A stretch of DNA of 63,620 bases, counting the filler, from Octopus bimaculoides (Eukaryota): assembly GCF_001194135.2 (NCBI RefSeq). It is 4 parts of 4 records of this genome, joined end to end, with 100 filler letters (N's around TTAATTAATTAA, not from the genome) between each part and the next. Parts side by side here need not be neighbours in the genome. Positions count along the whole stretch, not along the records: positions 1 to 19,659 come from NC_069006.1; 3 more parts are not named here. The stretch is one strand, 5' to 3'. This document shows positions 1-12,495 of the stretch, piece after piece. The position numbers and the translations under genes were made by a program. The stretch's first letter is position 1, and each line of letters starts with the position of its first letter. The notes under the pieces are model-generated. The model was not told where the DNA came from and did no database searches. It saw only the letters and a program-made list of their open reading frames with translations.

Positions 1-42
<42 letters not shown>

Positions 43-1959
43 TATGTTTGTGTGTGTATATCTATGTGTGTGTGTATGTGTGTTTATTTGAGGCTGATTA
101 TTCACGCTGTCTCTACTCGTTTTCTTGTCATCTTTGCTCCTCTTCTACAATGGTGTAGTGAAGTGAGTCATCAGTCTCAAACAAATATACTCTATTACAT
201 GTACTGAGTAGTTTCTCTGCCGTTTGTTTACTCAGTTGTATATGTGTCATCATCATCATCATTTAATGCGTGTCTTCCTTTAATGCGTGTCTGTTTTGGA
301 AAGGTTTCTTGGTTTCTTCAGCAGGATGCCCTTCATAAGGCCAACTTCTTTACAGAGTGTATTGGATGTTATTTTTTCTTTGTGGTTGTGTGGTATAAAG
401 CTAGCTTCCCAACCACATGGTTCTGGGTTCAATCCCACTGCATGACACATTGGGCAAGTGTCTTCTACTATAGCCTCACGTTGACCAAAGTCTTGTTAGT
501 GGGGTTCGGCAGCATTTGCATGCTGGGAAAAATGCTTAGCAACATTTCACCCGTCTTCACATTCTGAATTCAAATTCTGCCATGGTTGACTTTGCCTTTT
601 AACCTTTTGGAGTCGATAAAATAAGTGCTAGTTAATTTCTGGGATCAATGTCATCTACTTACCCCTACCCCTAAAATTTCTGGTCTTGTGCCAAATTTTG
701 AAACCATTATTATTACTATTATGTTTGTGTGTGTGTGTAATCTATATAGATTCGTATAAACCATAACGTTTTCTCTCTCTTGTTCGTTTGTTCTGTTAAT
801 TTTATTTTAATTTCTTCCAGTCTGGATTGCTTCCATTTGGTGTTGTAAAACCATACTTTTAGTTATTAAGTTTTCCCTTCACTAAGGGAATAACATTTTC
901 TTTTTTGTTCATTCACACTAATGGCAATTTCCTTGTTTTTGGAACCATTATTCATCTGTAGCAGCTCGTTTTACAATGCTGTGCACATTCTCCATTACAT
1001 AAAGTGGTATGTGTATCGGGAATTATTTTGATTTGTGTCTTGAGAATACATCTCTGTCTCCTTCCTTCTCTCCCTCTGTCTCTTCTCTATAATATCATAT
1101 CGTATAATGTATGTGTGGAGCTAAACTGAAGAGACACATGAAAATAAAATCAAGCTTATTGAAATACATATTACATTCTATATCTTTTCCAGTCATGATT
1201 GTGTTTCTACTAGTCAAACGTTCGTGGAAATATATGGGCACGGGATGCTTTCGTCTGTAGATTTGCGAAAAAGAGTTTTATAAGAATTTTTGTTGTTCAT
1301 GTACAGTTTAAATCTACAGGCATGCTCATGTGGTAAGAAGTTTTCTTTCCAGTCACATGGTTCTGGGTTCAGTCCCACTGTGTGGCACCTTGGACAAGTA
1401 TCTTCTACTATATAGCTCTGGGCTGACGAAAGCCTTGTGTGTGGACTTGGTAGATGGAAATTGAAAAACGCCCATTGTATATTTATATATATATATATCT
1501 GTTTGTGTGTCTTTGTGTCCATGTTTTGATCCCATCGCTGCTTGACAACCAGTGTAAGTGTGTTTACATCCCTGTAACTTAGCAGTTTGGCAAATGACCC
1601 TGATAGAATAAGTACGAGAGTAAGTCTAATGACTGAAACAAGTAAAAGACATATATATATATATCACTGCTATACCCTTNNNNNNNNNNNNNNNNNNNNN
1701 NNNNNNNNNNNNNNNNNNNNNNNNNNNNNNNNNNNNNNNNNNNNNNNNNNNNNNNNNNNNNNNNNNNNNNNNNNNNNNNNNNNNNNNNNNNNNNNNNNNN
1801 NNNNNNNNNNNNNNNNNNNNNNNNNNNNNNNNNNNNNNNNNNNNNNNNNNNNNNNNNNNNNNNNNNNNNNNNNNNNNNNNNNNNNNNNNNNNNNNNNNNN
1901 NNNNNNNNNNNNNNNNNNNNNNNNNNNNNNNNNNNNNNNNNNNNNNNNNNNNNNNNNNN

Positions 1960-2135
1960 TAGTGGGTTGACTATTCTAGAGTACGTTCTGTCTTATCTTC
2001 GAAACGTCTAGATAGAATAGAGACAGCTGATGAAGGGATATTCCAAGTGGCTTTCCGTTTTCCTATGTGTTCGTTCCGTTGTCTGTAGTTTATTGTTCTA
2101 ATGTCCTGTACCCTGATATGCATATATATACACAT
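1960..2135 (+). repeat. Interspersed repeat (Penelope pLTR-like) with CGAAACGTC...CTGATGAAGGG
   Basis: Shares CTGATGAAGGGA, a T-rich body and TCCTGTACCC with 23540-23790(-). Confidence 0.45.
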
Positions 2136-2301
2136 GTAGATGTAAGTATGTACATATATGTGTGTATACATGTATATATATTCTTTGTATTATATATATA
2201 TATATATATATATATACGCACACACACACACACACACATGTCTGTGAATCTTTGGCAATTTTTTTTTTCCTCCATCTTCCTTTTCCATTGGACTTTCCTC
2301 C

Positions 2302-2336
2302 GTTTCTGAAGGAGAGCTTCGGTTGAAACGTTAAAC
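2302..2336 (+). ncRNA. Minimal hammerhead-ribozyme-like motif (A9 mutated), probably from a Penelope pLTR
   Basis: GTTT-CTGAAG[G]-AG-AGC(TTCG)GTT-GAAA-CG-TT-AAAC: 4-bp helix I, UUCG-capped helix II and palindromic AACGTT in place of helix III. Identified by eye only. Confidence 0.45.
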
Positions 2337-2430
2337 CACTCTTCTTTCCTTCCCTGAGCGTCTGTTAAAACTTTACATGTACCACATCCTTGTGTTGTTG
2401 TTTTATTGTGTTTGTTCTTAGTTTTTAGGA

Positions 2431-2467
<37 letters not shown>

Positions 2468-3358
2468 ACATATATATGTGTGTGTGTGTATTTATGATGG
2501 TTTCCATCTACCAAATCCATTCATAAAACATTGTCTGCCATGGGGCTATAGCAGAAGATACTTGCCCAAAGTGTCACACAGTGGGACTGAACCTCAAACC
2601 GTGATGTTTGGAAGCAAACTACTCAACCAATGTAAAATCAACTTAAAGAAACCAGCTGTTTTAAGGAATAAGATTTCCACTTTTTATCTCCTTGTAAACA
2701 TGCTCCTAAGTATTTCCTGGCTCATTATAAACCTTAATCAATAACTCTAAAATCAATTTGACTTTACTGAATTCTATCAAGACTTATTTCTCTTTTTCTT
2801 CTTCTTCTTGGTTCCCTTGTTTCTGCTTCACCAACAAAAACAAAAAAAAAAAAAGCTCCCCTTATTTAAATATTTTCACACACATTCAGTTAACTCCCTT
2901 ATGAATGTGTTCTTTTTAATACAATTTAATCGCCTGCATATTTAATTCAATAAATTTCCTGCTCTCCTCTCACGCACCCACAAATTTCCTACAAACATTT
3001 TCCTTGTTCAATTTTCCTTGTAAGACTTTTATACTTTATAGTTAACACCTTCACATGAATATAACGTACACTTTTAATATGATTTTGTTTTACAATTTAA
3101 TCATGTGCTTGCTTGCTTTATTTAACAATTTTAATAATCCACATGGTCTTTTCCCATGGAAGTGTATTTTCTATATCCATTTATTATTATATTTAATTTT
3201 TTTCTAGTCAGTGTAGTGACTGTACATCTATTCCCAACCACTCTGTCCTCAATTTTTCCTTTTATAGAATTCAGGGATTCAACAAAGCTCAATGAATTTT
3301 CTTCAGCACCCAAACTCAACTTAGTTTCTTATATTTTTTGCATTACTATATATATATA

Positions 3359-3527
3359 GGAGTGGTTGTGTGGTAAGTAGCTTGCTTACCAACCACATGG
3401 TTTTGGGTTCAGTCCCACTGCGTGGCATCTTGGGCAAGTGTCTTCTACTATAGCCTCGAGCTGACCAAAGCCTTGTGAATGGATTTGGTAGATGGAAACT
3501 GAAAGAAGCCCGTCGTATATATGTACG

Positions 3528-3568
<41 letters not shown>

Positions 3569-3774
3569 ATTAGTTTCTGTGTCTGTGTTTGTCCCCCAAC
3601 ATTGATTGACAACCAATGCTGGTGTGTTTACGTCCCCGTAACTTAGCGGTTCGGCAAAAGAGACCAATAGAATAAGTACTAGGCTTACAAAGAATAAGTC
3701 CTGGGGTCGATTTCTTCGACTAAAGGCGGTGCTCCAGCATGGCCACAGTCAAATGACTGAAACAAGTAAAAGAG
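3359..3774 (+). mobile_element. tRNA-derived SINE family A (internal (TA)n/(TG)n tract), full copy
   Basis: A/B-box-like head GTGTGGTAAG...GGGTTCAGTCCC, a CORE-like segment CTTGGGCAAGTGTCTT, a central microsatellite and a 3' end GGCGGTGCTCCAGCATGGCCACAGTCAAATGACTGAAAC. Partial copies lie at ~381-490, 1315-1648, 2505-2625(-), 6560-6800, 7150-7560, 16195-16310(-) and 27945-28115(-). Confidence 0.9.
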
Positions 3775-5252
3775 TATATATGTGTGTGTGCAGGGGTGGC
3801 TTTGTGGTAAGGAGTTTTCTTCCCACTGCATGGCGGTCCAACCAAGGCCTTGTGTAGACAGAGACTCAACGAAGCCCATTGGTGTGTGTGTGTGTGTATT
3901 TGTCCCTTAGCATTGCATGACAAATCTTCCTTTACTTATTTCAATTATGGGATTGTTTTCATGTTGGAGCGTCACCTTCAATGGATTTAGTCAAATAAAT
4001 CAACTTCAGTACCTATTTCTGTTTTGAAATCTGGTTCTTATTCTTGTGGTTTTTTTTTTTTTTACCAAATAACACTGGTTGTCAAGTATCAGATAGTAGA
4101 GGGCTGAGTGATACTTGTGTTGTTGGCCAGACTCCTGGTGTATAGGACAGGACGTCTGTGAATCTGTGCATGTGCTGTTAGATTTGTTTCAGATTAAAAA
4201 TAAAATGTAGGGATTTCAATGCTTTTGAATGTATTTTTTTTTATTTTCAAATATATTTTTTTTTGTTTTTGTTTCATAGATTTTTTATTTTATGATAATT
4301 GGTCCTGATTAGTGTCTGCGTTAGGATTTGTAACATGTTACAAACATCGAAGAACATTTGTGTTTTTGTTGTTTGTAGAGTCGATGCTCCTAAAGGAAAA
4401 ACAAACAACAAAATCCAATTCCGTTTGGCTTTGTTAAGGCACTAGAATTTGCTGCTAATAAAATTCCATATGACATACTGCCCATTTAGAAAAATTGTAT
4501 TGGATTTCATTTCATTTGTCTATTCTCTCTCTTTCCCCTTCTCTTTCTCTCTCTCTCTCTCTCTGCTTTGCTTCTGTCAACGGAATTCTTTGATGTTCTT
4601 TTTCTCTAATGGCTGAATTAATTCCAACCAAATCAACAATGCTGCCTTACAAATCCTGATTCTTGTTGTTGAAAGTCATTCTAGTAAATTACACACGAGA
4701 AAAGCACAGGGAGGAAAGCGGGAGATGCGGAAGAGTAGGAAAGTTTTACTGACGAAATAATATAAATATGTCTGAAATACATTATAAATATCTGAAATAC
4801 ATTAGCAAACAAATAATGGGAGTAATTCTTCTTTGTAGGGGATGTTATTCGCATTGGTTGTTGTTTTGGTGGAGTTTTAGCTAATTTCTTCTCCCCAATG
4901 TCAGCAGTTCTATAGGTTTTATTTTTTTTTACAGATAAATCACAAAGAAAATTGTTTCTTCATTCAAGAAATAACTCTGTAGCAGTCTTTTGTGTGTGTG
5001 TGATTTTTGTTTTAGATTTTGCTGTTTGATGTCAGCAGTAAATCAGTTTTTATGAATTTGATAGAACACACACACACACACACACACATGCATATGTGCA
5101 TGTTTACATATATATATGTTTATTTGTATATATGTGTATGTATATGTTTGTGTGTGTATATGTATGTATACATGTGTATGTTTGTGTATGTATGTATGTA
5201 TATATATATTTATATATGTGTATGTGTAAATATATACATATACACATACATA

Positions 5253-6539
5253 CAGGGTGCAATGGGTAAACTATCACCATTTTATATCTTTAGTTTTGTG
5301 CATGCACATTGTTTGTTTTTGATTTGGTTGAGTACACAATATAGTAAGGTTAGTTGGGCACTGTCTGGTGAGAAAAACAGCACCATGACGCAATTCGCTC
5401 TGCCAGAAATTCAGAAACGACATGGTGTACTGCTTGGCATTTATGCCGGAAGCTCCAGTGTGAACATTTCAGAGTGTTTCGGTGTCAATCTGAGGATAGT
5501 GCAGAGGATTCAGAAAGAATTGGATGAGTTGGTGATTATGAAGGAACAGCAGTTTGGAAAACTCACTCCGATCATTCTGATAAGAAAAGAACCCCTGAAT
5601 TTGTTGGTGAGATCCAGGCTATGATTGATAACGATCCCTCCAAGTCAATCAGGTCCATCATCAGGAACATGGGAGTGCCTGAGTTTCTTATCAGGTAGGT
5701 AGTGCATGAACATATTTGGTATTTCTCGTACAAGATGAGAAAGGGTCAATTTTTATCCCAAGCCATCAAGGACAAGAGGAAAGTCCACACTATGAAACTT
5801 TTGAACAAACTCAAGCATTCCCTCCAACTGAACATACTTTGACTTTTCTCAGATGAGAAAATTTTCAGCCAGGATCAGATAGAATAAACGTTGGCTCGCC
5901 AAGTCCCCAAAGCATGTACCAAGAATGATAAAAATTAAACATGCAGTCAACATCACGGTGTTGGGAGTGATCACTAGTGATGGTGATGTTATGCCTCCAG
6001 TCATCTTCCCACATGGACTCAGACTCAACATGGAGGCCTACATCAAGTGCCTGGAGGAAGTAGTGCTGCCCTGGGTCAAGAGGGTGGCTGCTGGTTGACC
6101 CCATATCTGACAACAGGACTCTGCATCACGCCACACAAGTTGGAGAACCCAGTCATGGCTGTCAGACAATTTCTGCAACCACATCACCCCTAACATCTGG
6201 CTGCCTAACTCCCCAGACTGCAACCCCCTTAATTATTATGTATGGAGTGCAGTTTAGTGAGAGATCAACAAAACTCTTTGTAACACCAAAGATGAACTGA
6301 AGGCAAGGATTATGGCAGCATTCACCAACTTAAACTAGGAAACCACCCAGAAGAGTTGCAGGGGATTCTGAAGTTGTCTGGAGGCCATGGTTGAAGCCAA
6401 TGGCGATTTTATTGAATAAATTTACTCTTTAGTATTTCAAGATATTTTTATGTAATTTTGGTAAATATATTTCTTAAAATGAGATGTCAGTGTTATTTTC
6501 ATTTTTGCATAATTTGGACAATTTATCCAGTGCACCCTG
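5253..6539 (+). mobile_element. Full-length decayed mariner-like transposon, maT (DD37D) family
   Basis: TA at both flanks. TIRs CAGGGTGCAATGGGTAAACTATC / CAGGGTGCACTGGATAAATTGTC (19/23). Transposase remnants FSDEKIF ... QQD-x37-(D>N)YYVW with WLPNSPDCNPL; several stops and frameshifts. Confidence 0.93.
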
Positions 6540-8232
6540 TATATATATATATATATATATATAAAATGTTTGTATTTGTCTGTTCCCACTGTTTGACAGT
6601 TGGTGTTGGTTTGTTTGTCTCCCTGTAGCTTAGCAGTTTATCAAAAGAAATCCATATCAGACTAAAATGTGTATCAGACTAAAACAAAACCCCACCTCAA
6701 AAAAAAAAAAAATTAGTCCTGACAATGATTTAACTACACTCTTCATAGTTGTGCTCCAGCATGGCTGCTGTCCAATGATTGAAACAAGTGAAAGATGAAA
6801 GGTAAAAAAAAATACTTTGGTCAACCCCTTCTGTTGTTTGTTATTAAGTGTTTTGTTCTTAATCGTCTGCTTTAATGGTGTGCGACTATTCTTCAAGTAT
6901 AAAGCCACTTGTGGCAAAGCTTGCTGCCACAACACTTAAATACTCAAGTGGGGGTTTCCTGAAGTATACTGATTTAGATTTTGCTTGACTGAATGCTGGC
7001 AAGTTTGTGTTGGTATGCTTGAGAGGAAATGGGAGTTCTTATGTTTCAAGTGGAACCCCTTCATTAAAGAGAAGAAATACTTACATTTAGTTTTTTTATC
7101 CAAAGAGGGACCCACCTGCTTGAATTGTAGGTTAACTTAATACCTTGTAAGTGAATTTGGTAGATGGAAACTGCAAGGAAGCCTGTTATATGAGTGTGTG
7201 TTTGCATTTTATTTGTCCCTCACCATTTCTTGCCAACAAGTGTTTGTTGGTTTATGCCTCTGTGATATAGCAGTTCAGCAAAAGAGACTGATAGAATAAG
7301 TACCAAACTTAAAAAATTAGCACTGGGGGTCGATTTGTTTGACTAAAACCCTTGAAGGCAGTGCAATTGAATGGCTGCAGTCCAATGACTGAAACAAGTG
7401 AAAGATAAAAAAATAGCTTAGGCTTGCTTCCTAACCACATGGTTCCAGGTTCAGTCCCATTGTGGGGTGCCTTGGGTAAATGTCTTCTACTCTAGTCTTG
7501 GGCCGACCAAAGCCTTGAGTGAATTTGGTTCATGGAAACTGAAAGAAGTCTGTTGAATATATACATATATATGTATGTGTATATATATATATATATNNNN
7601 NNNNNNNNNNNNNNNNNNNNNNNNNNNNNNNNNNNNNNNNNNNNNNNNNNNNNNNNNNNNNNNNNNNNNNNNNNNNNNNNNNNNNNNNNNNNNNNNNNNN
7701 NNNNNNNNNNNNNNNNNNNNNNNNNNNNNNNNNNNNNNNNNNNNNNNNNNNNNNNNNNNNNNNNNNNNNNNNNNNNNNNNNNNNNNNNNNNNNNNNNNNN
7801 NNNNNNNNNNNNNNNNNNNNNNNNNNNNNNNNNNNNNNNNNNNNNNNNNNNNNNNNNNNNNNNNNNNNNNNNNNNNNNNNNNNNNNNNNNNNNNNNNNNN
7901 NNNNNNNNNNNNNNNNNNNNNNNNNNNNNNNNNNNNNNNNNNNNNNNNNNNNNNNNNNNNNNNNNNNNNNNNNNNNNNNNNNNNNNNNNNNNNNNNNNNN
8001 NNNNNNNNNNNNNNNNNNNNNNNNNNNNNNNNNNNNNNNNNNNNNNNNNNNNNNNNNNNNNNNNNNNNNNNNNNNNNNNNNNNNNNNNNNNNNNNNNNNN
8101 NNNNNNNNNNNNNNNNNNNNNNNNNNNNNNNNNNNNNNNNNNNNNNNNNNNNNNNNNNNNNNNNNNNNNNNNNNNNNNNNNNNNNNNNNNNNNNNNNNNN
8201 NNNNNNNNNNNNNNNNNNNNNNNNNNNNNNNN

Positions 8233-8600
8233 AACGTCTGCTTTTCATGCTAGCATGGGTTGGACGATTTGACTGAGGACTGGTGAAACCAGATGGCTAC
8301 AGCAAGCTCCAATCTGATTTGGCAGAGTTTCTACAGCTGGATGCCCTTCCTAACGCCAACCACTCCGAGAGTGTAGTGGGTGTTTTTACGTGCCACCGGC
8401 ACGAAGGCCAGTCAGGCGGTACTTGCAACGGCCACGCTCAAAATGGTGTATTTTACGTACCACCTGCACAGGAGCCAGTTCAGCAGCACTGGCAACGATC
8501 TCGCTCGAATGTCTTTACACGTGCCAGGAAGGCGATGCTGGGCACAGGTGCCATTGACGGTTTCGCTTTCGCTTGCCCCAATAGGTCTTTGCAAGCATAA
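8233..8600 (-). mobile_element. RTE LINE 3' UTR/tail
   Basis: Same 3' end as the other RTE copies (GTTAGGAAGGGCATCCAGCTGTAGAAACTC...CCCATGCTAGCATGAAAAGCAGACGTT); abuts a gap. Confidence 0.8.
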
Positions 8601-9926
8601 TAATAATAATAAAAATAATAATAATAATAGTAATAATTAGCTGGACCCGTGAAAAATTCATGGAAAACACAAAAAATGTAAGCATCTGTAAACAGTGTAC
8701 TGGTGCCAGGAGAAATGTTTGTATATTATGACCATCTGTCTTTATGTTCTGAGTTCAAATTCTGTTGAGATTGACTTTGCCCTTTGTCCTTTCGGGGTCA
8801 ATAAATGAAGTATCAGTTGTGTACTGGGGTCGATCTAATCAACTGGCCCCCTCCCCACAAAAAAATTCAGGCCTAGAAAAGCATATTGTGACAGTTAGAG
8901 AATATAGAAAGTAATGTAACACCAATGACTATATAATCCAACCTAAATATCTCAGTTACACAAGCATAAACGGAATTACTATTTAACCTTAAAATACATC
9001 GTACTTATTCAAAGAACCTTAATGTACATATTGAAGTGCAAAAGAACGAAATAATAAATGAATTTATGAATGAAAGTTTGGTAATTGCGTTTATTTCCAC
9101 CATGTGACACTTATTATTGCAAACATGTTTTAACTGACCTAAACTATATACACACACAAATACATTCACTCACACACACACACACACACACACGTCTTGA
9201 GTTATAGCTATAATTCAAAGGGACCAGCCTTGTCATATTCTGTGTGAAGCTGAATCTCCCCAAGAACTACGTTAATGTCATGCATATCTGTGGAGTACTC
9301 AGCCATTTTTGAGTTAATGTTATCCTCATGTGGTAATGAAAAGTGAAATTGACATCCAAATATTTGCTGTGTCTATGTATCTATATATGAAATTTTCTTT
9401 AGATTTATGTATCTACTGTCTCTCTCACTTTCTCTCTTTCTCTTTCACTTCCTCTGTGTCCCTCTTCTCTCCTACTTTTGATTTAACAATGTGTCTATGT
9501 ATCTACTTGCGATGTGATAAACATTTAAAAACACAAGACAAACGCCGTCACCACTCACTCTCTCTTTTACTCTCAGTCTCTCACTTCTCACCCTCTCTTT
9601 CTCACTTCATCTCTGTCCTCCTCTCTCTTACTTCCTCTCTGTCCTCCTCTCTCTCGCTTTGTCATTTCTTTGAAGTAAGTGTGACGCACACAACAGGTAC
9701 GTACAAAAACAAAAAGTTAGTGTATTAATATTATTGATTCTACAATAAGCACAAGGCCTAAAATTTTGTGGGGAGAGGTCTAGTCGATTACATTGACCCC
9801 AGTGTTTCACTGGTACTTAATTTATCAACTCCAAAAGGATGTAAGGCAAAGTCGACCTTGGCAGAATTCAAACTCAGAACATAGCGACAGGTGAAATACT
9901 GCTAATCATTTTGCCAGCTTGCCACC

Positions 9927-9983
<57 letters not shown>

Positions 9984-10093
9984 CTCAGAGGGCGCAAGCC
10001 TCTGCCAAGGCATCACCAATGTCCTCTCAACAATTAGCCAGAGATGATGTTTAAAATGAGAATATCTGAAATTAATTTATACACACACCCACA

Positions 10094-10320
10094 CAAGGGG
10101 GTGCTGAAAAGTTCCTGGTTTTAAGGGTATCGTGAAAGGCCTGGCTGGAGGCCCAACCTTCTGAGTTCTTTTACAGGGCTTAGAAAAACTGAAGGACCCC
10201 TGCAATAAGTGTGTGAGTCTGAGAGGGGAATATCTTGAATAAAATCATAATTAACTGATCATCTCGTATTTTCTTTTGCTCAAAGCCAGAAACTTTATTC
10301 AGCCCCCCCCCCCCGCCTCG
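10094..10320 (+). mobile_element. Mariner-derived MITE
   Basis: Ends CAAGGGGGTGCTGAAAAGTTCCTGG and CCAGAAACTTTATTCAGCCCC...CCTCG-TA. Retains the transposase end CNKCVSLRGEYLE*. Confidence 0.7.
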
Positions 10321-10865
10321 TATACACACACGCAAGGGACAGGCTTCAACACAAAACAGTTTTCATTTTAGGTTTGCTTGATTAGGTTTGGCTTGGGGCT
10401 AAATAACGACAGTGGTTTTAAAACACAGCAAAACACACACACACACAAAAGTTGGAGCATGGGTGGCAGAGACCAGGCACAAGTGGAGTGCAAGGTGGCA
10501 GTGGTGCCAATCAAGGGCGGGGTTCATTCTTCAATATTGCCAATATCGTAATTGTCTTCGATAAGAGAAAGCAGTCCTTAATGCATGAAAATATGATATT
10601 TATGATGATAACATTATCAAACAATGAATGACCAGCATAATTGTGACAGGCCACTTTAATAATTCATTTTCATGTTTCATCTGACTACTATCACGACCAC
10701 CACTACTACTACTGCTGCTGCTGCTACTACTACTACTACTACTGTAGCAGCTTGGTAGTTCCAAATGGCTCATTGGTTAGATTGCTTAAAGTAATACAAG
10801 GTGCATTCTAGAAATGTTGAGACTTTTTCAGGAGAGACATTTAATAATTTCAGAGAATTAATAAA

Positions 10866-11022
10866 CGTGGCTGTGTGGTAAGTAGCTTGCTTACCAACCA
10901 CATGGTTCCGGGTTCAGTTCCACTGCGTGGCACCTTGGGCAAGTATCTTCTACTGTAGCCTCGGGCCGACCAAAGCCTTGTGAGTGAATTTGGTAGACAG
11001 AAACTGGAAGAAGCCCGTCGTA

Positions 11023-11083
<61 letters not shown>

Positions 11084-11285
11084 TTGTGTGTCTGTGGTTG
11101 TCCCCCCAGCATAGCTTGACAACCGATGCTGGTGTGTTTGCGTCCCTGTAACTTAGCGGTTCGGCAAAAAGAGACCAATAGAATAAGTACTAGGCTTACA
11201 AAGAATAAGTCCTGGGGTCGATTTGCTCGACTAAAGGCGGTGCTCCAGCATGGCCACAGTCAAATGACTGAAACAAGTAAAAGAG
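10866..11285 (+). mobile_element. SINE family A, full copy
   Basis: Near-identical to 3359-3774. Confidence 0.9.
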
Positions 11286-11384
11286 TAAACACTGTACATT
11301 CAAAGTCTTGTTACAGCTTGTCTCTTTCAGTCTGGAATAACAAAATTTGGCAAATCAGCTTATTGGATGTAACGTAATGATATA

Positions 11385-11575
11385 CAGTAATCCCCCGCCA
11401 TATTGCGGCTAACCGATTGCGGTTTATTATTTAAGTTTATGGTGACTCCTCTGTGGTGTTGTTTTGCATTTATAATAAAATAAATTATAAAAATAATTTT
11501 AAAAATATATACGGTACAGTACTGTTTCTACTTTGCGGATTTTCTATCACAGGTTGGTTTTGGAATGCAATGGGA
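11385..11575 (+). mobile_element. Possible Tigger/pogo-type MITE fragment
   Basis: Starts TA-CAGTAATCCCCCGCCATATTGCGG, a CAGTA..CCC-type terminus; no matching right end found. Confidence 0.35.
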
Positions 11576-12084
11576 TTGCTGTGCTAAAATTACAATGTTC
11601 TTGGACAGCCATAACTGCCTCACCTCAAAATGTCCTAAAACTTCTGGAATGCACCTCAGGATTGATTTTATTCTTTCACTAGTTTTTGTTCTTGGCTGGT
11701 AGCCATGATTAGGCACCACCTTGAAGGGTTTCAGTCAGTTTTTATATCAATTCCACTAACAACATATCCGGTACTTATTTTATTGAATGGCTAAATTCAC
11801 CTAAGTGATGTATCTCGGCTGACTAAATACCGGGAGATATTTTTTTTATTTAACGCACCAATTTTATTAGCCATCTACTTGCCAACACACACACACACAC
11901 ACGTATATATTTGTGTGTGTTATCTTCTGGATGATAAATATGTTTAAATGATGTCACAGTCGATAAAACATACACACAAGCAAAAATTGCACCTGTCTCG
12001 CACTGATACACAAATTAGTTTTGTATAAATGATGTATGAATGAGATGAATGTTTATTCATTGTTTGCTTGGCTTGAAATGACAC

Positions 12085-12168
12085 AAAAACATACACACAC
12101 ACACACCTATATGTGTGGCTTGTGTGTGTGTGTGTGTGCGTGTGTATATATATGTATCTGTTTGTGTG

Positions 12169-12229
<61 letters not shown>

Positions 12230-12287
12230 ATGTATGTGTGTATGCATATATGTTTATGTCTACATATGCATATATGTGTGCAATACA

Positions 12288-12331
<44 letters not shown>

Positions 12332-12495
12332 TGTACATAAATGTAGATGTATATATGTGTGTGTATATATGTGTATATTTAGGTATGTTTATGTCTGTGT
12401 ATGTGTATATATCTGTGTGTGTATATACATACATACATATCTATCTATCTATCTAGCTAGCTATATGTATATATATGTATGTATGTATAAATAGG
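12085..12495. repeat. Compound (TA)n/(TG)n/(CA)n microsatellite region
   Basis: Directly visible; it is the source of the IY/CV-repeat ORFs. Confidence 0.9.

Noticed and set aside
95-240. CTGATGA with a long stem on the minus strand plus an 8-bp hairpin at ~201-237 as a hammerhead
   Set aside because: The GAAA is replaced by CAAA, and no helix I or III could be built.
7089-7118. Minus-strand 30-nt block VGPSLDKKLN with a GTAAGT donor
   Set aside because: The acceptor lacks a pyrimidine tract, and the block appears to lie within an interspersed repeat (judged from memory of similar sequences, not verified).
7487-8276. Long ORFs made mostly of X (also at 1587, 12712-13988, 22216, 35221, 43726, 46070)
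   Set aside because: They run through N gaps, so their length is an artefact.
12036-12494. IY/CV/HT-repeat ORFs (also 5019, 14025, 17017-17349, 18628, 47189, 58460)
   Set aside because: Translations of di-, tri- and tetranucleotide repeats.
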